From positions 1 to 60,702 of IMG/VR virus record IMGVR_UViG_3300025872_000060: DNA of 60,702 bases; one strand, 5' to 3'. Of the stretch, positions 10,528 to 22,143 are shown in pieces. The stretch comes from a virus. Its lineage: Duplodnaviria; Caudoviricetes. Position 1 is the stretch's first letter. Each line of letters begins with the position of its first letter. Position numbers and translations under genes: made by a program. The notes below the pieces were generated by a model. That model had not been told where the DNA came from, did no database searches, and worked only from the letters and a program-made list of their open reading frames with translations.

Positions 10528-13500
10528 TTACGCCGCCTCTGCCTCGTCCTCGCCGTAGGGAGGCTTGCCCGCGAGGAGGTTCCTCGCACGCTCCGCGATG
10601 GACGCGGCATTGCAGGAATCCCCGTCCTCGTTGAGTTCCCAGACCTTGAAGCCCCTGCCCTCGAAGGCAAGGTTGCGCGAGGAGTATTCAAGCCCTGCGT
10701 AGTAGTCGAGGTTCCCGCCACGGATGGCGAGGTAGCGGTTGTTCACCGCGATATCCCCCGCCGAAGCCATGAAGCGGTGGACGGTGAGGAGCAGGGCGTT
10801 CACCTGCTCACGGGTGAGAATGTCCATGTCCTCGTCCGCGCAGAAAGAGTCGAATGTCGGGATGCTCATGTCGGTAGTCCTTTGCGGCTTTGCCGCGATG
10901 ATGGATTATCCCCTGCGGTTTTGACGCCTCAAGCCATAGCCATCAGCATGATCCGCACCGCGCTAGGGGTCATGGCGCACATCTCGTTGGCGAGAAGCCC
11001 GATCTGATCCCCTGTGCAATGCCCCGCAAAGAGGCAGGTGGCGGGATTGCCGTCCTGCTCGTCGCCGTGCAGGGTCATGCACTCCGCTGGCAAGCGGACG
11101 ATGCCATCCTCGCCGTAGAGGCTGTAACTCGCCGCAACGACGAAGCGAAGTTGGGCGACGGACGGGTGCTGACGCTCCCACCAAAGGCTTCCGCCTCGGT
11201 CGTGGAGGGCGAAACCCATGCGCTTCATGTCGGAGGGGGAGATGGTAGTGCTGTTGCTCATGCCCGTTCTCCTGCGGTTTTGACGCCTACTTGAGTCCGT
11301 GAGTGAGGTAGCCTACCCAATGGGCGACGAATACAGCCACGATGCCGAACCATCCTCCGCGCCACGCGAAGTAGAATGTCCCCCACGCAAGCGACACGAC
11401 GAGGAGGAGGCACACGAGGAGGCCCACGACGAGGAAGAATGTGCTTGTTCTCTTGCTCATGCTTTTCCCCGCCCGGTTTTGACGCCGTTCAGAAGGCTTC
11501 GCCGCTGTCGGTTTCGTTCGGCTCGTCGGGGGTCACGGAGATGACTCCGTTAGCATCCCTCACGATCACGCCGTCGATCTTCGTGCAGTCGATGGCGAAG
11601 TCCCGTGCGCGGCGATAGAGTTCGGGGTCGATCTGCGAGACATAGTTGATGAACCACATCCCGTTGACCGCGATTGCCCCGATAACCTTCGCGGGGTGGT
11701 CGTGGGGAAGTGCGGAGATTTGGCGCGAGATGCCGTCGATGTGAACGCTCACGGCTTCGCTCCCGCCGCCGTGATTTGCAGGAGGCGAATGGGGTCGTTC
11801 ATCTCCGCAAAGGTTCCGTGGAACAGCGTGATGTTCTTCCCCGTGCGGAGGTCGGTGAGGAGGATGTCCACGATATCCTTGTCGCCCCCGCCGCAATCCA
11901 TGATGTGCGTGGACACGGAGTAGCCGAAGTTCTTGATCGCCGCCTCGATGTATCGGCTCCCCGTGCGAGTCACGGTCTGGTTGCTGCTGCCCTTCATCGT
12001 TCCGTAGAGTTTTGCCATGTTTGTCTCCTTGCTCGACTGGACGCGGTTTTGACGCCCAAGAAGAAAGGCTGCCGCACGAGCGAATCGCGCAGCAGCCCAT
12101 GGGGGAAAAGATCAGGTTTGGCGCAGGCATTCTAGCAGGTTGCCCCTGCTTGTCAAGCCCGCTTGACGGATTTCTTCACATTCCCCCGCGCTGCCGCCAC
12201 TCCTGACGGCTTTGCTTGGGGGACTTGCGACCGTCCCACGCCTTCGGGCGTTGACGGATTCCCGCCGCTTGGAGTTCCCGCGCGCGGCTGCTTGCGATCT
12301 GACGGGCGAGTTGGTGTTGGTTCTTCATGCTTCGGAGCCTCTGGTTTTGACGCCTTCAACGCCTTCTGCGCCTTGAATCCCCACGGGTGGTTGGCAGGGG
12401 ACGGCATGGCTACCACATCCCCTGATGGACTTCGACCACCTCGTAGCCTTCCTCGTTGTCGTGGTCGCTTACCACCCACTTGAGGACAGCCGTGCGACCG
12501 TCCTGACCAGTCACGCGGATGGCGCGGTCGGCAATGTCGTTGTCGTCGATGAAGGCATCGAAGCCCCTGTCCTTGAGGACATAGCACGCCCCAAGCGGGG
12601 TGTTCCGAAGGTAGTCCTGATGGATTGGTCCATCGTAGAAGCCCTTCGTCGCAAGGGTGCAGAGAACATCTGCGCTTGCGATCAGCCCGTCGTGAGTCTC
12701 AAACTTGATGTTGGTGGTGGTGATCATAGTTCGGTGCTCCGTGTTTTGACGCCTTGATGGGAAAGAGGGGGGAGGGCGGTAACTTCGCTGCCTCTCCCCC
12801 GTCCTCTTTGTGTCATGGCTTCTGACTGTTGATGAGGATTTGCATGAAGCCCTTGCTGACCTTGACGGTGGCAGTCGCCTCATCGAAGGTCACGCCCCAG
12901 TAGGAGTTCGGTTGCGCGGCGGGGCGGTCGAACAGGGAATCATCCTGCACGATGCGGATGCCTTCCGCTCCGTTCGCGTAGCACTTGTTGGCGAACTCCG
13001 CGAGGCTGTAGAACGCGCCAGCCTTGATATCTGCGGAGTTATGCCACATGGAATCGTGGCTCTTGGACAGGTTGAACACGCGGGTCATCATGTCCTTGGT
13101 GAAGTACCACACGCGCCGCGAATCACGCTTGCCGCTGATCTCGTTGAAGAAGGTGTAGTCGATGGTCGGGTTGGTGAGGGTAAGCATGGTTAGGTGCGTC
13201 CGGTTTTGACGCCTCGCATATCGCGGTGCGAGGGATGTGGGTCGTGAGGCGAAGGCGGGGCGGAATGAACAACGCCGTCCACGCGAGGACGGCGGTGATG
13301 GCTGCGGTGCGGTTCAACCGCTCCCTACTTCGGACAGCCGAATGAGACGCATGGTGTTGGCGAGGTCGTTCGCCTCCCGCCGCTCCTGCTCCATATGCTC
13401 GTCCGTGTGGAGATGGGCGAGGCTGTTCACGCCTTCCACGAGGATGTAGAAGCCGTCGATGCTCTTGTCCCTGCTCATAAATCCGTTGTCAAGCGCGTCG

Positions 13501-13999
13501 TTCAGCGCGTTGTCGAGGGATTGAAGGTCGGGTGCGTCGATCTTGACGATGAAACTGGGCATGGATGCTCCTTTTTAGGCGGCGAGTACGAGGAGTGCGA
13601 CAAGGAGGGCTGCGAGGCTGATGACCCCGCAGACGATTTCGGTGTTGGATGGATTGTCGTTCTTCATGCCTTTGCCTTCCTTGTTTTGACGCCCTGCTTG
13701 GATGCCTTGACGAGTTGCTTCAGAGGATCGAAGAAGGCATCCGCAGGATGCGCCCACGAATCCATCAGGGAGGCATCCCCATACCACATCAGGGTCTTTT
13801 CCCCGTTCATCGTGATCTTCTCAAGGACGAAGCCCACGGGACCGTCCTCCTCCATGCGGTTGAGGTCAAGGGGCAGGGATATCTCCTCGCACCTCTCGTA
13901 GAAGTATTCACGAGCCTCTGCGATCCTCGTGAATACATCGCTTTCTGCCGCATCTCCGTAGCGGTCGATGGAATAGACGTAGTATTCGAGGAAACGCAT
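10528..13999 (-). CDS. Hypothetical genes (10528..10869, 10929..11261, 11287..11460, 11489..11752, 11749..12018, 12176..12328, 12410..12727, 12813..13187, 13314..13562, 13575..13667, 13664..13999)
   Basis: Motif-anchored starts or start/stop coupling; 11287..11460 and 13575..13667 are small membrane peptides. Confidence 0.6.
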
Positions 14000-14089
14000 G
14001 GTTCTAATGGTATTTCGGTTTTGACGCCATGCAATCGCCCCACCGCAGCATACCTCGCGCTGCGGCAGGGGACAGAGGAGAAAGATGAC

Positions 14090-14530
14090 TTACTTATCGG
14101 AAGGGATGCTCCCCCGCTTGCCCGACTCCAAGATGGGCAGCCCCGCCTCCGTGGGGATGTAGATGACGGCGTTGTTGCCTTCCTCAAGGTTCTGAATCCA
14201 CTGCCAACGGAGGTAGGCATCGTTGTTCTTGAGGGATTCCCCGATGATCTTGTTCGCCTCCGCGACTCCCTTCGCCCGCTCCACTTCCGCGAGGGCGAGG
14301 CTCTTCGCCGCCTCCAACTTGCTCTCCGCCTCAAGCACGGCGATCTTGCGGTTCTGCTCCGCTTGCACAAACTCCGCCATGCCCGTCTGCTCTGCGCTCC
14401 ACACGCGGTACTTGGGAGCGATGTAGAGCCATGCCGTACCCACGGTGAGTACCACCGCGCCGATGCCGACACTCCAAAGGGCGACCGTCTTGCCGTTCAT
14501 TCCTTCGTCCTGATTGCGTCCGTAGCTCAT
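14090..14530 (-). CDS. Phage SPFH/band-7-like membrane protein
   Basis: N-terminal TM, Ala/Glu coiled coil AEVERAKGVAEANKIIGESL, and IYIPTEAGLPILE. Confidence 0.7.
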   Translation of the reverse strand: MSYGRNQDEGMNGKTVALWSVGIGAVVLTVGTAWLYIAPKYRVWSAEQTGMAEFVQAEQNRKIAVLEAESKLEAAKSLALAEVERAKGVAEANKIIGESLKNNDAYLRWQWIQNLEEGNNAVIYIPTEAGLPILESGKRGSIPSDK

Positions 14531-14541
14531 CTTGCTCTCCT

Positions 14542-14751
14542 TCAGTATGGCGAGGCTTCATTGCCTTGCATGATTTGGTGGCACTTGTTCTGAAGATGAT
14601 TGATCTCCGCGTCGGAAAGATCCATCATCTCCCCGATCTTTTCCGCGATCTCCGCGTCCGCGAGGGCGACACGAGCCGCCTCCACGACCGCGATCAGTTC
14701 GGACTCGCTCATCTTCGACAGGGCGTTGTGAATGTTCTTGTACTCTTTCAT
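14542..14751 (-). CDS. Hypothetical protein, paralog of 8700..8861
   Basis: ARVALAD.EI.E.I...D.S..EI..L shared with ARLALKN.DI.E.I...D.S..EI..L. Confidence 0.6.
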   Translation of the reverse strand: MKEYKNIHNALSKMSESELIAVVEAARVALADAEIAEKIGEMMDLSDAEINHLQNKCHQIMQGNEASPY

Positions 14752-14789
14752 GGCTTCGGTCCTTCGGTTTTGACGCCGCTCATTCAAAT

Positions 14790-15075
14790 GCACAAGCCGC
14801 GCAGTTGTTCCGTTCGGGAGCGACCCTTGCGGCTGCGCGGCTTGCGTCCCCTTGCGCTCTCGGGGTATCTATTCCCTCTAGCACGCATGAGAGGCATTAC
14901 CTCATGCGCACACGGATGCCGTTAGCACGGCATTTTCTCGCGTCCATCAGAACCTTGCAAGGTGTTGCGTGGCTGCCAAAGTCCACTCTGATGATGCGCG
15001 TCCTGCGAGGGCACGCAGGTTTCCCTGCCGCACCGTGCCTAAGCTCTGTTTATACTCGCACGGTCGAGTGTCATT
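14790..15075 (-). ncRNA. Candidate structured ncRNA of about 285 nt
   Basis: Motif copy at 15085 with no ORF over 11 aa at the expected start; at least six stems (14793/14844, 14884/14908, 14916/14933, 14945/14993, 15015/15028, 15032/15064). Confidence 0.5.
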
Positions 15076-15106
15076 CGGTGCTTTGTTTTGACGCCATGTT
15101 CAGTTG

Positions 15107-16322
15107 TCAATGGTCATCGTCGGGGGCGACCCACGCCTTCCCGTCCCACTTGTAGCCCCACTCGCCCATCTCGGCATGGCTGCTGTCGTTGCAGCGGCAA
15201 GTGCCGTCGATGCGGTAGTGCGAAGGCTCAAAGATGGCGTGCGGGCACGCCAAGATGGAGGCTCGGCTCATGGTCTTGATGGTGCTTGCGAAGATGGGGT
15301 GGATGTTGCTCATGGTGTTGCTCCTGATGTTTTGACGCCATCACTCCTCGTACTCATCTTCGTCCTCGTCCTCGTCCTCGTCCTCCTCGAAATCGTCCCA
15401 GTCATCGTCATCGTCCTCGTCTTTGCTGTCGGGCGATTCCTCATCCTCCTGCTCCGAGTCGTTGAGAGTCACCATCTCGACCTCCGCATCGGGGTCGATC
15501 TCGCGCACCGACTGACAGATGGCATCGGCTATGCCATCTGCCTCCTGATCGGTTTCAGCCTCCACATCGACGGTCGCCTGACCGTCCTCCACCACGATCT
15601 GCGTAGTGGCATCGTTCAACCCGATGCGCTCCTCAAGAACCGAAAGATCCTTCGCCGTGAGTTCTTCTGAAAGCCTGATGACAGTAGTGTAGTTTGCCAT
15701 GAGCCTGCTCCTGATGTTTTGACGCCTTATTCCTCTGTGTTATTGTCCGAAACGGAGATGCCAACCCTGCGACCCTTGAAGGCTGCGCGGTAGGCTCGGA
15801 TGATCCTGTCCGCATCTACCTCGCTTCGACAGGCGAAGTGATGGTCGCGCTCCCCGCTGACAAGGCAGTATCCTGTTCCCACCTGCCTCGCCTGAAGCCG
15901 CTTGTCGAGCTCCGCGAAGGTGGACTCCATCCGCGTGAAGTCCTTACTCACGATCTCGAAGTCGTACATTCCACGCTTGGTCTTGAGAATCATGCTTGTT
16001 CCTTTCAGGTGGTTGCGTTGACGAGGAGGAGCGTCTGCACGGCTTCCTCCACGCATTCCAACGCCATGTCGATCTCAATGGGCGGTGCATCGGAACCCGC
16101 GACCGCGCCCATCACTTCCTTCACGAAGTCCCACGACTCAACGAGGGAGTCGCGCTGGACGCTCGACCCGCTCACCGATTCGATCATGCACACGATTGAG
16201 TCAAAGATGTGCTTCTTCTGACTCGGTGAGAGGAAGGAACCGTTGTCATTGATGGATTTGTTGAGGACATTGCAAGCCGTCATCAGGTTCGCGGATGCCA
16301 TTTGCTCGTAGAGGCTTTTCAT
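15107..16322 (-). CDS. Four hypothetical genes (15107..15313, 15341..15700 very acidic, 15727..15993, 16005..16322)
   Basis: Mostly motif-anchored; several stop codons abut the next motif. Confidence 0.6.
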
Positions 16323-16350
16323 GCCATGCGGCTCCTTCGTTTTGACGCCA

Positions 16351-16686
16351 TCACTCATCGTCATCGTCATCTGTGGGGGAGTCGAAGTCGATCATCATGG
16401 CGGTCACGCGACCATCACGGTTGCGCTTGACATACACGGGGTACACCCCGTCGCCGTGGGTGGTTCCCGTGCAGAACGCAAGCGTGTTGGAGTGCTTGTT
16501 GCCTCCGAAGTTGCCGCACATCCTGTCCGACAGGGATGCTTCGCAAGCACCCGCGTAGTTGAGGGAGGGCCTGTCGCCGTACTCGCACTCAAAGTCCTTC
16601 TTGATGTAGCACGGGTCGATAAGCATGACCTGACCCGAATCCACGCCGATGTGTCCTGCGAGTTGGAATCCGTTGGGCTTTGCCAT
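16351..16686 (-). CDS. DUF4241-like protein
   Basis: IGVDSGQV...DPCY...GDGVYPVY motifs; AAGGAG Shine-Dalgarno. Confidence 0.6.
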   Translation of the reverse strand: MAKPNGFQLAGHIGVDSGQVMLIDPCYIKKDFECEYGDRPSLNYAGACEASLSDRMCGNFGGNKHSNTLAFCTGTTHGDGVYPVYVKRNRDGRVTAMMIDFDSPTDDDDDE

Positions 16687-16784
16687 TTGGTTCTCCTTTG
16701 GCTTCGATGCTTCGGTTTTGACGCCGTGCGTCGAGGAACCCCGCCCCCAACTTCACGGGGCGGGGAGGGTGCCTCGGTCGCAGT

Positions 16785-17577
16785 TCAATCTACCATCCAC
16801 TCCAGAGTGAGGACGGCGTTCTGATGCTGCTTGTCTGCGCGTTCAATGAGTTTCGCCGTGAAACTCGGCAGAATCTCTTTGAGCCATCGGTCGCGTGGAG
16901 CGTGATGCTTGTTCTCGTACAGGTTCGTCTTCAGCCCGATGTGGGCGATGACATCCTGAAGGCTGATGCGGTCGGCGTTGTCGTTTAGCATCCGCTCCGC
17001 AAGGAAGATGCGGGTCCACACTTCGGGGAGGTTCTCGCGGGTGATCTCCTTTATGTCGATGATCGCGAGACAGCCCACGATGTTGATGGTGGAGGCCTTG
17101 ACCCTGCCCTCGCCGTCGTAGCAAAGTTCCTTGTAGTTGTTGATGCCCGTTAGGTCGTAGTTCAGCATGGTTGTGATCCTCTGGTTTTGACGCCTTCGGT
17201 CAGACTGCCGACTTCTGCTCTGCAAGAGCCTTGAGGGTGCGGGAATGGATCTCGTCCAAGTCGCGCTTCACCCAGTCCTTCACCCGCTTCAGCCACTCCG
17301 CACGGGAGGAGTTGGAGGTGTTCGTCTTGAGTCCGATGTGCGCCACCACATCGGCAAGGGTGATGTTGTCCGTTCCATTGGACAGGTGGGAAGTGATCCG
17401 CTCGTACATGGCGATGCGGGCATACGCCTCCGCGACATTCTCGCGGGTGATCGCGGGAAGGTCGATGATGAGCATATAGTGGATGATGATGCTCGTGATG
17501 GGCTTCATGCCGCCATCAGCCTTGAAGCACACGGATGCGTTGTTCTCGATTGCGGACAGGTCGTAGTGAAGTGCCAT
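16785..17577 (-). CDS. Tandem paralog pair (16785..17168, 17200..17577)
   Basis: Shared L.YDL..I.N....C, ITREN..E...RI...ER and DV.AHIGLKTN. Confidence 0.75.
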
Positions 17578-17618
17578 GAGTGGTGTCTCCTTGCCCTGAC
17601 TGCCGATGTTTTGACGCC

Positions 17619-18527
17619 TCATGCTCGGGACAGGTACTTCAGCAGGGCGCGCTCCTTCTGCTTGGCTTCGATCATCACATCGTACTCGCGGGAAGGGCAG
17701 AGCGCGGGAATGGTCGAATCGACCCAATCGGCATGGGCTTGGGGCATATCGGGCGACCGTGGTTCGCTGTAGTGAATCTTGGGGACACGGTGGGCTTCCC
17801 ATGTGGAGAAAGCCATCGCCGCCGCATCAGGCAGGCTATCGCCGCCGTCGTGGAGGTTGTGATGGTGGATGTCAATGACAAGGGGAACCCCACATCCCTC
17901 ATGCACCGCCATCAGTTCGCGGATCGACCACATGGATGGCTTGTCATCGTTCTCAAGGGTGATCCTGCAACGAACATCGGTGGGCAAGGAATCATAGGCG
18001 GCGATCCACCGTTCGGTGGTAGCCTTCTTGTCGCCGTAAGTGCCGCCCATGTGGATGTTTATGGGAAAGTCGCATCCCGCGCCAAGCAGATCGCCAATGG
18101 CAGAGTGCATGAGAAGGCACTTGATGGACTTGTCCACGACATCAGGAATGGGACTGGCGAGGCAGGTATAGGGACCAGGGTGCATGGAGAGCCGTATCCC
18201 GTTGTCGCGGGCGATCTTGCCCGCACGACCCATGATGGCAGCAATGGTTTCGGCATCGTCGAGCTCCGAAACTCCATAGCCCAGAGTGGGGTGATCTGCG
18301 AAGGGGAGGATTCCCGAACCCACGCGGAAGAAGCGGATGCCATGCTCCGCGTTCCATTCCATCACCCTGACCAGATCCTTTGCGTTCTTGAGGGCGAGTT
18401 CGCTTGCCCTGCGGAGGGAGAACCCGTCCATGCGGAGCGTTCTGTCGGTGAACACCCGCTTGGAGGCGGGCTTGATCTCACCGAGGGTCATGTTCACACA
18501 GGCGTATCCGAGGTTCCTGATGGGCAT
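17619..18527 (-). CDS. uvsE: UV DNA damage repair endonuclease
   Basis: LGYACVN, GIRFFRVGS, RLSMHPG, LENDD, DIHHH, KIHYSE, QAHAD, MIEAKQKE. Confidence 0.93.
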   Translation of the reverse strand: MPIRNLGYACVNMTLGEIKPASKRVFTDRTLRMDGFSLRRASELALKNAKDLVRVMEWNAEHGIRFFRVGSGILPFADHPTLGYGVSELDDAETIAAIMGRAGKIARDNGIRLSMHPGPYTCLASPIPDVVDKSIKCLLMHSAIGDLLGAGCDFPINIHMGGTYGDKKATTERWIAAYDSLPTDVRCRITLENDDKPSMWSIRELMAVHEGCGVPLVIDIHHHNLHDGGDSLPDAAAMAFSTWEAHRVPKIHYSEPRSPDMPQAHADWVDSTIPALCPSREYDVMIEAKQKERALLKYLSRA

Positions 18528-18581
18528 GGCGCTGCCTCCGTGGTTTTGACGCCATTGTAGTTCTCCCCGCGATTTTTCCCG

Positions 18582-19680
18582 CTACCGTTCGCTGATTTCA
18601 GCCATCTTATCCTCATCGCTGCGGGGCGAGGCGGCTTCGATCCGCTCCACGGCGGCAGAAATGCGGTTCACCGTGTCCTGCATGGTCGCCATCTGCTGCG
18701 TAAGGGCGGTCAGGCGGGAGTTCAGCAGCCCGATGTTCTCAACGAGTTGGGGAACCGTTCCTTCGATGAAGCGGCGACCCATGATGGTGGTGTGGAATGG
18801 AAGGTCCATGTGCTTCTCCTGTCAATCTGCCGCTTGAGCGGCGGTTTCGTTGCTGATTCCAGTCTCTTGAAGCGCTGCTAGGCGGTTCTTCAAGTCTTCG
18901 ATCTGCTCCTCAAGCAACTTGCAGTACGAGGACAACTTGCAGTTTTCACCCTCAAGTCGGTCGTTGTCTGCCGTCAGCAACTTGACAGCCTCTACGAGAT
19001 TGTTCACCACGACGATCAGGGATTTATACTGGGACTTGTCGCCTTTGTTCTTCATGCCAGTCTTCTTTTTGTTTTGACGCCATGTGCAGCGGGAGGGGCG
19101 CGGAGGCTCACCCGCTCCCTCTCCCGTTGCATATTGTATCGCGTCAGGCTTCCGCGAGGATGACGAAGCCCTGCGAAACGAGGTCGTTGCGCGCCTTCTG
19201 AACGGAAGCGGGGTTGCGGCTGTTCAGCGTGGCGAACTGGTAGGTCTTGGCGGGACGCTCTGCCTTCGCGCAGCGGAAGGCGGTTCCTCCGCGCTTCACT
19301 ACGCGCTTCGCATACGCATCCCAATCCTTGTGGCTTGCGAACTCGGAGGCAAGGGACGAGATGAAGGTTTCGAGTCCAAGGATGTCCTTGGGATCGCCAT
19401 TCCAAAGGCGGCGAATCTCCGCGTTGAGGGAGTCCCACATGGAGACATCATCGAAGAAGATCGCGGTTTCCCCGCCCTGGCCGTCGTTCCTCGCGTATCC
19501 AACCTTCTTGCCGTCGAGGGTGATGTTGGCATTGAAGCACATCGTTTCCTCGCTCATGCTCTTGTATTCCTTGAACGAGGTGAAGCCGATGCGGTCGGAA
19601 AGGGGCTTCATGGCGGCGTGAAAGTCATCCCAAGCCTTCTCAAACGCGTCCATGCCAATAGGGGTTGCGGTGTTGCTCAT
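18582..19680 (-). CDS. Three hypothetical genes (18582..18809, 18822..19055 coiled coil, 19144..19680 with SEET.CF...NDGQGG)
   Basis: ORF tiling; motif-anchored starts for the latter two. Confidence 0.6.
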
Positions 19681-19711
19681 GCACCATCGCCCTCGGTTTT
19701 GACGCCCCGAA

Positions 19712-19783
19712 AGCGGATGAAGGGACTCGAACCCTCAACAACCAGCATGGAAGGCTGGGACTCTGCCATTGAGTTACATCCGC
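19712..19783 (-). tRNA. tRNA-Gly (TCC)
   Basis: Acceptor stem GCGGATG/CATCCGC, anticodon loop CTTCCAT, GTTCGAGTC T-loop, U discriminator; CCA not encoded. Confidence 0.92.
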
Positions 19784-19841
19784 AAAAGCACACGGGAAGG
19801 CAGTCGGAGACATTGACCGCCTTCCCGTGTGGAGGAGTGGC

Positions 19842-21112
19842 TTACGCGATCTTGTCGGCAACGAGCGACCAGACCTGAACTATCATGTTCTTGATCCAGA
19901 CGACTCCCTGCCATGAGAACGGAAGCAGAGCCAGAGTGATGAGAAGGGAGCGTGTAACGCCCGCCTTGCATAGCCACCGGTCGAGGAATGAGCAGCATTC
20001 CTTCTTCGGTGCCTCGCACTCGGCTGTGTTTGGAGTACCGTTGTACTTCATGGTTTGTTCAAGCGTCCAGCGACCGCAAGCCCAATGGGTTCATCCCCTC
20101 GCTGGGGGGATAACTCCATTGTAGTGTCATGCACTTGATGTCTTGGACTTTCTCGCCTTCTTTGCGAGAACTTCGATGGGATCGCCCATGTTCGCTATTT
20201 CCGCGCGCATGAGTTGCTCCACGAACGGTGCGTTATTGGACATCTCCTGCGTCACGATGATGAAGTCGGCGCGGTGGGCGCGGGTCGTGAACGAGGTGGG
20301 GTTGAATGTCCAGTTAGCCTTTAGGATGTACGCGTTCTTTCCGTTCTGCGTCCACACCACGCGGACACTTCCAGACACCTTGTTGCGCGTGAAGGTGGAT
20401 GTCCATACGCAGTAAGGCTTTAGGCGTGCATAATATCCAGGTTGATCTCGGAGCCAATGACTCACGGTCCAACCATTGAACCTGCTGTTCAGTTCATTGG
20501 AAATCGCCTGATTGATGCTTTGTGCGGTTTCTGCGAGGCTCATGGATGCCGTCTTTGGGTTTTGACGCCCTACTCGTCGCCAACTGTCTCAATAGGGGTG
20601 AGCCAACGCGACCAACCATCGTACTTGCTGTCCGAAAGCGAATCCGTCTGGATCATCCAGATGGCATCGTCGTCTGGTCTGGAGTTCCTGACGATGCCAA
20701 CGAATGACAGGGCGCGGTATCCGAAGTTGAAGTGGATGGAGACAGTCATCTCGCCCCGCTTCTCGCTGAATCCTCCGCACTCGCTCCAAGTGGTGTCCAT
20801 GAGGGATGCGATGACGCAGCTGACAGGCATCTCCTCCTCCTTCAGTTTCGACTTGGCAAGGGCGCAGAGGTCATCCGCGCTTGCATGGCTGACGGTGAGC
20901 ATGGGACCGTCTGGGTAGACGAACATGATCCGATTCGTCCTCTGCCATTCCCCGATGAGGGCGCGGGCTTGCCCTCTCTCAACGAGGAACAGGGAGATGG
21001 ATGCGCCCATCTCTGCCTGATCCGTGTCCGACTTCGCTCCGTCGATGACGGAAGAAAGCCATTGACCGATACTGCCGTAAGCCGAGTCCTTCAGCGTGGT
21101 GATGGTGAGCAT
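19842..21112 (-). CDS. Three hypothetical genes (19842..20051 membrane peptide, 20127..20543, 20570..21112)
   Basis: ORF tiling; motif or TACAAT upstream. Confidence 0.6.
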
Positions 21113-21138
21113 ATCCCTGCTTCCTGTGTTTTGACGCC

Positions 21139-21444
21139 TTACGGGGCTTCCACGATGGTTGCCGTTAGGCGCTTTGATTGCAACTGATCCCTCTTGAACT
21201 CCGCGTGTTCCTTCAGACAAGTCGCCACGACAGTCATGCCTTTCGTGTGAGCCTCCACAACTCTGTCCATCGCGGAGATAGGCTCCAGACGGGTGACGGT
21301 GATGAGAGTCTGGATGACATACTCAAAGGTATTCACGGAGTCGTTGTGCAGCACGACATTCCACATGGGCGGCTGCTTCGGTGCGGGCTTGGAAGGCTTT
21401 GCGGTGGGTGTGTTTTGCGTCTGCATTAGTGTTTCCTCTGACAC
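21139..21444 (-). CDS. clpS: ATP-dependent Clp protease adaptor ClpS-like protein
   Basis: PPMWNVVLHNDSVNTFEYVIQTL...EAHTKG..VVAT...EHAE; start may be 21426. Confidence 0.88.
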   Translation of the reverse strand: MSEETLMQTQNTPTAKPSKPAPKQPPMWNVVLHNDSVNTFEYVIQTLITVTRLEPISAMDRVVEAHTKGMTVVATCLKEHAEFKRDQLQSKRLTATIVEAP

Positions 21445-21459
21445 TTCTTTTTCGGTACA

Positions 21460-21532
21460 CGCCCCCGATAGGATTCGAACCTACGACCTGCGGTTTAGGA
21501 AACCGCTGCGCTATCCTCTGCGCCACGAGGGC
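21460..21532 (-). tRNA. tRNA-Arg (CCT)
   Basis: Acceptor stem GCCCTCG/CGGGGGC, anticodon arm GCGGT-TTCCTAA-ACCGC, GTTCGAATC T-loop. Confidence 0.92.
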
Positions 21533-21606
21533 TTCTGGATTGATTTTAGCATTCGGTGCGACAACTTGCAACTTCATTCCTGCGAATGAAGAACAGTCCT
21601 GTAACC

Positions 21607-22101
21607 CTATGCCTTGATCTTCACTCGACTCTTGATGACGGCGGCAGACTTCAGTTCAGCGAGAGGGTCGCTGCCCAGAGTGTCGATGACCATTCGGGCG
21701 TATCCACGCAGTTCCTCCAGATCGGGCTTGATGCCCCAATCAGCGTTGGAACGGTCGCCCATCGTGGTGATCTTCGATTCTTCATAGAGATCGGTCATGC
21801 CAGAAGGGTCGGATGACCATGATCCACGACCATTGGGATATATCCATCCCCTGACGGTGTGTTCGCACCGCATCCCGCCGCCGAACTTCTCCACGCGGAC
21901 AATGAGGCGGATAACCGAGACTTTGGATGAGAACTTGCCCGTGTTTCTGTCCCATGGCCTCTGGGGGCAGAGTAGATTCCACAGACGAAATGCCCCCTTG
22001 CCATCGGTAGCCTCCTTGAACGCCTTGCGCGCTGCGCGGCGCTTCCGCTCAAGGGTTCCGTCCTCTGCCGACTTGAATAGGTCAATGTGCGAGATAAGCA
22101 T
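21607..22101 (-). CDS. Hypothetical protein with C-terminal DPLAEL
   Basis: Motif-anchored start. Confidence 0.6.
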   Translation of the reverse strand: MLISHIDLFKSAEDGTLERKRRAARKAFKEATDGKGAFRLWNLLCPQRPWDRNTGKFSSKVSVIRLIVRVEKFGGGMRCEHTVRGWIYPNGRGSWSSDPSGMTDLYEESKITTMGDRSNADWGIKPDLEELRGYARMVIDTLGSDPLAELKSAAVIKSRVKIKA

Positions 22102-22143
22102 GGCTTCGGTGTTTCGGTTTTGACGCCCTTGCCCATCCAAATG

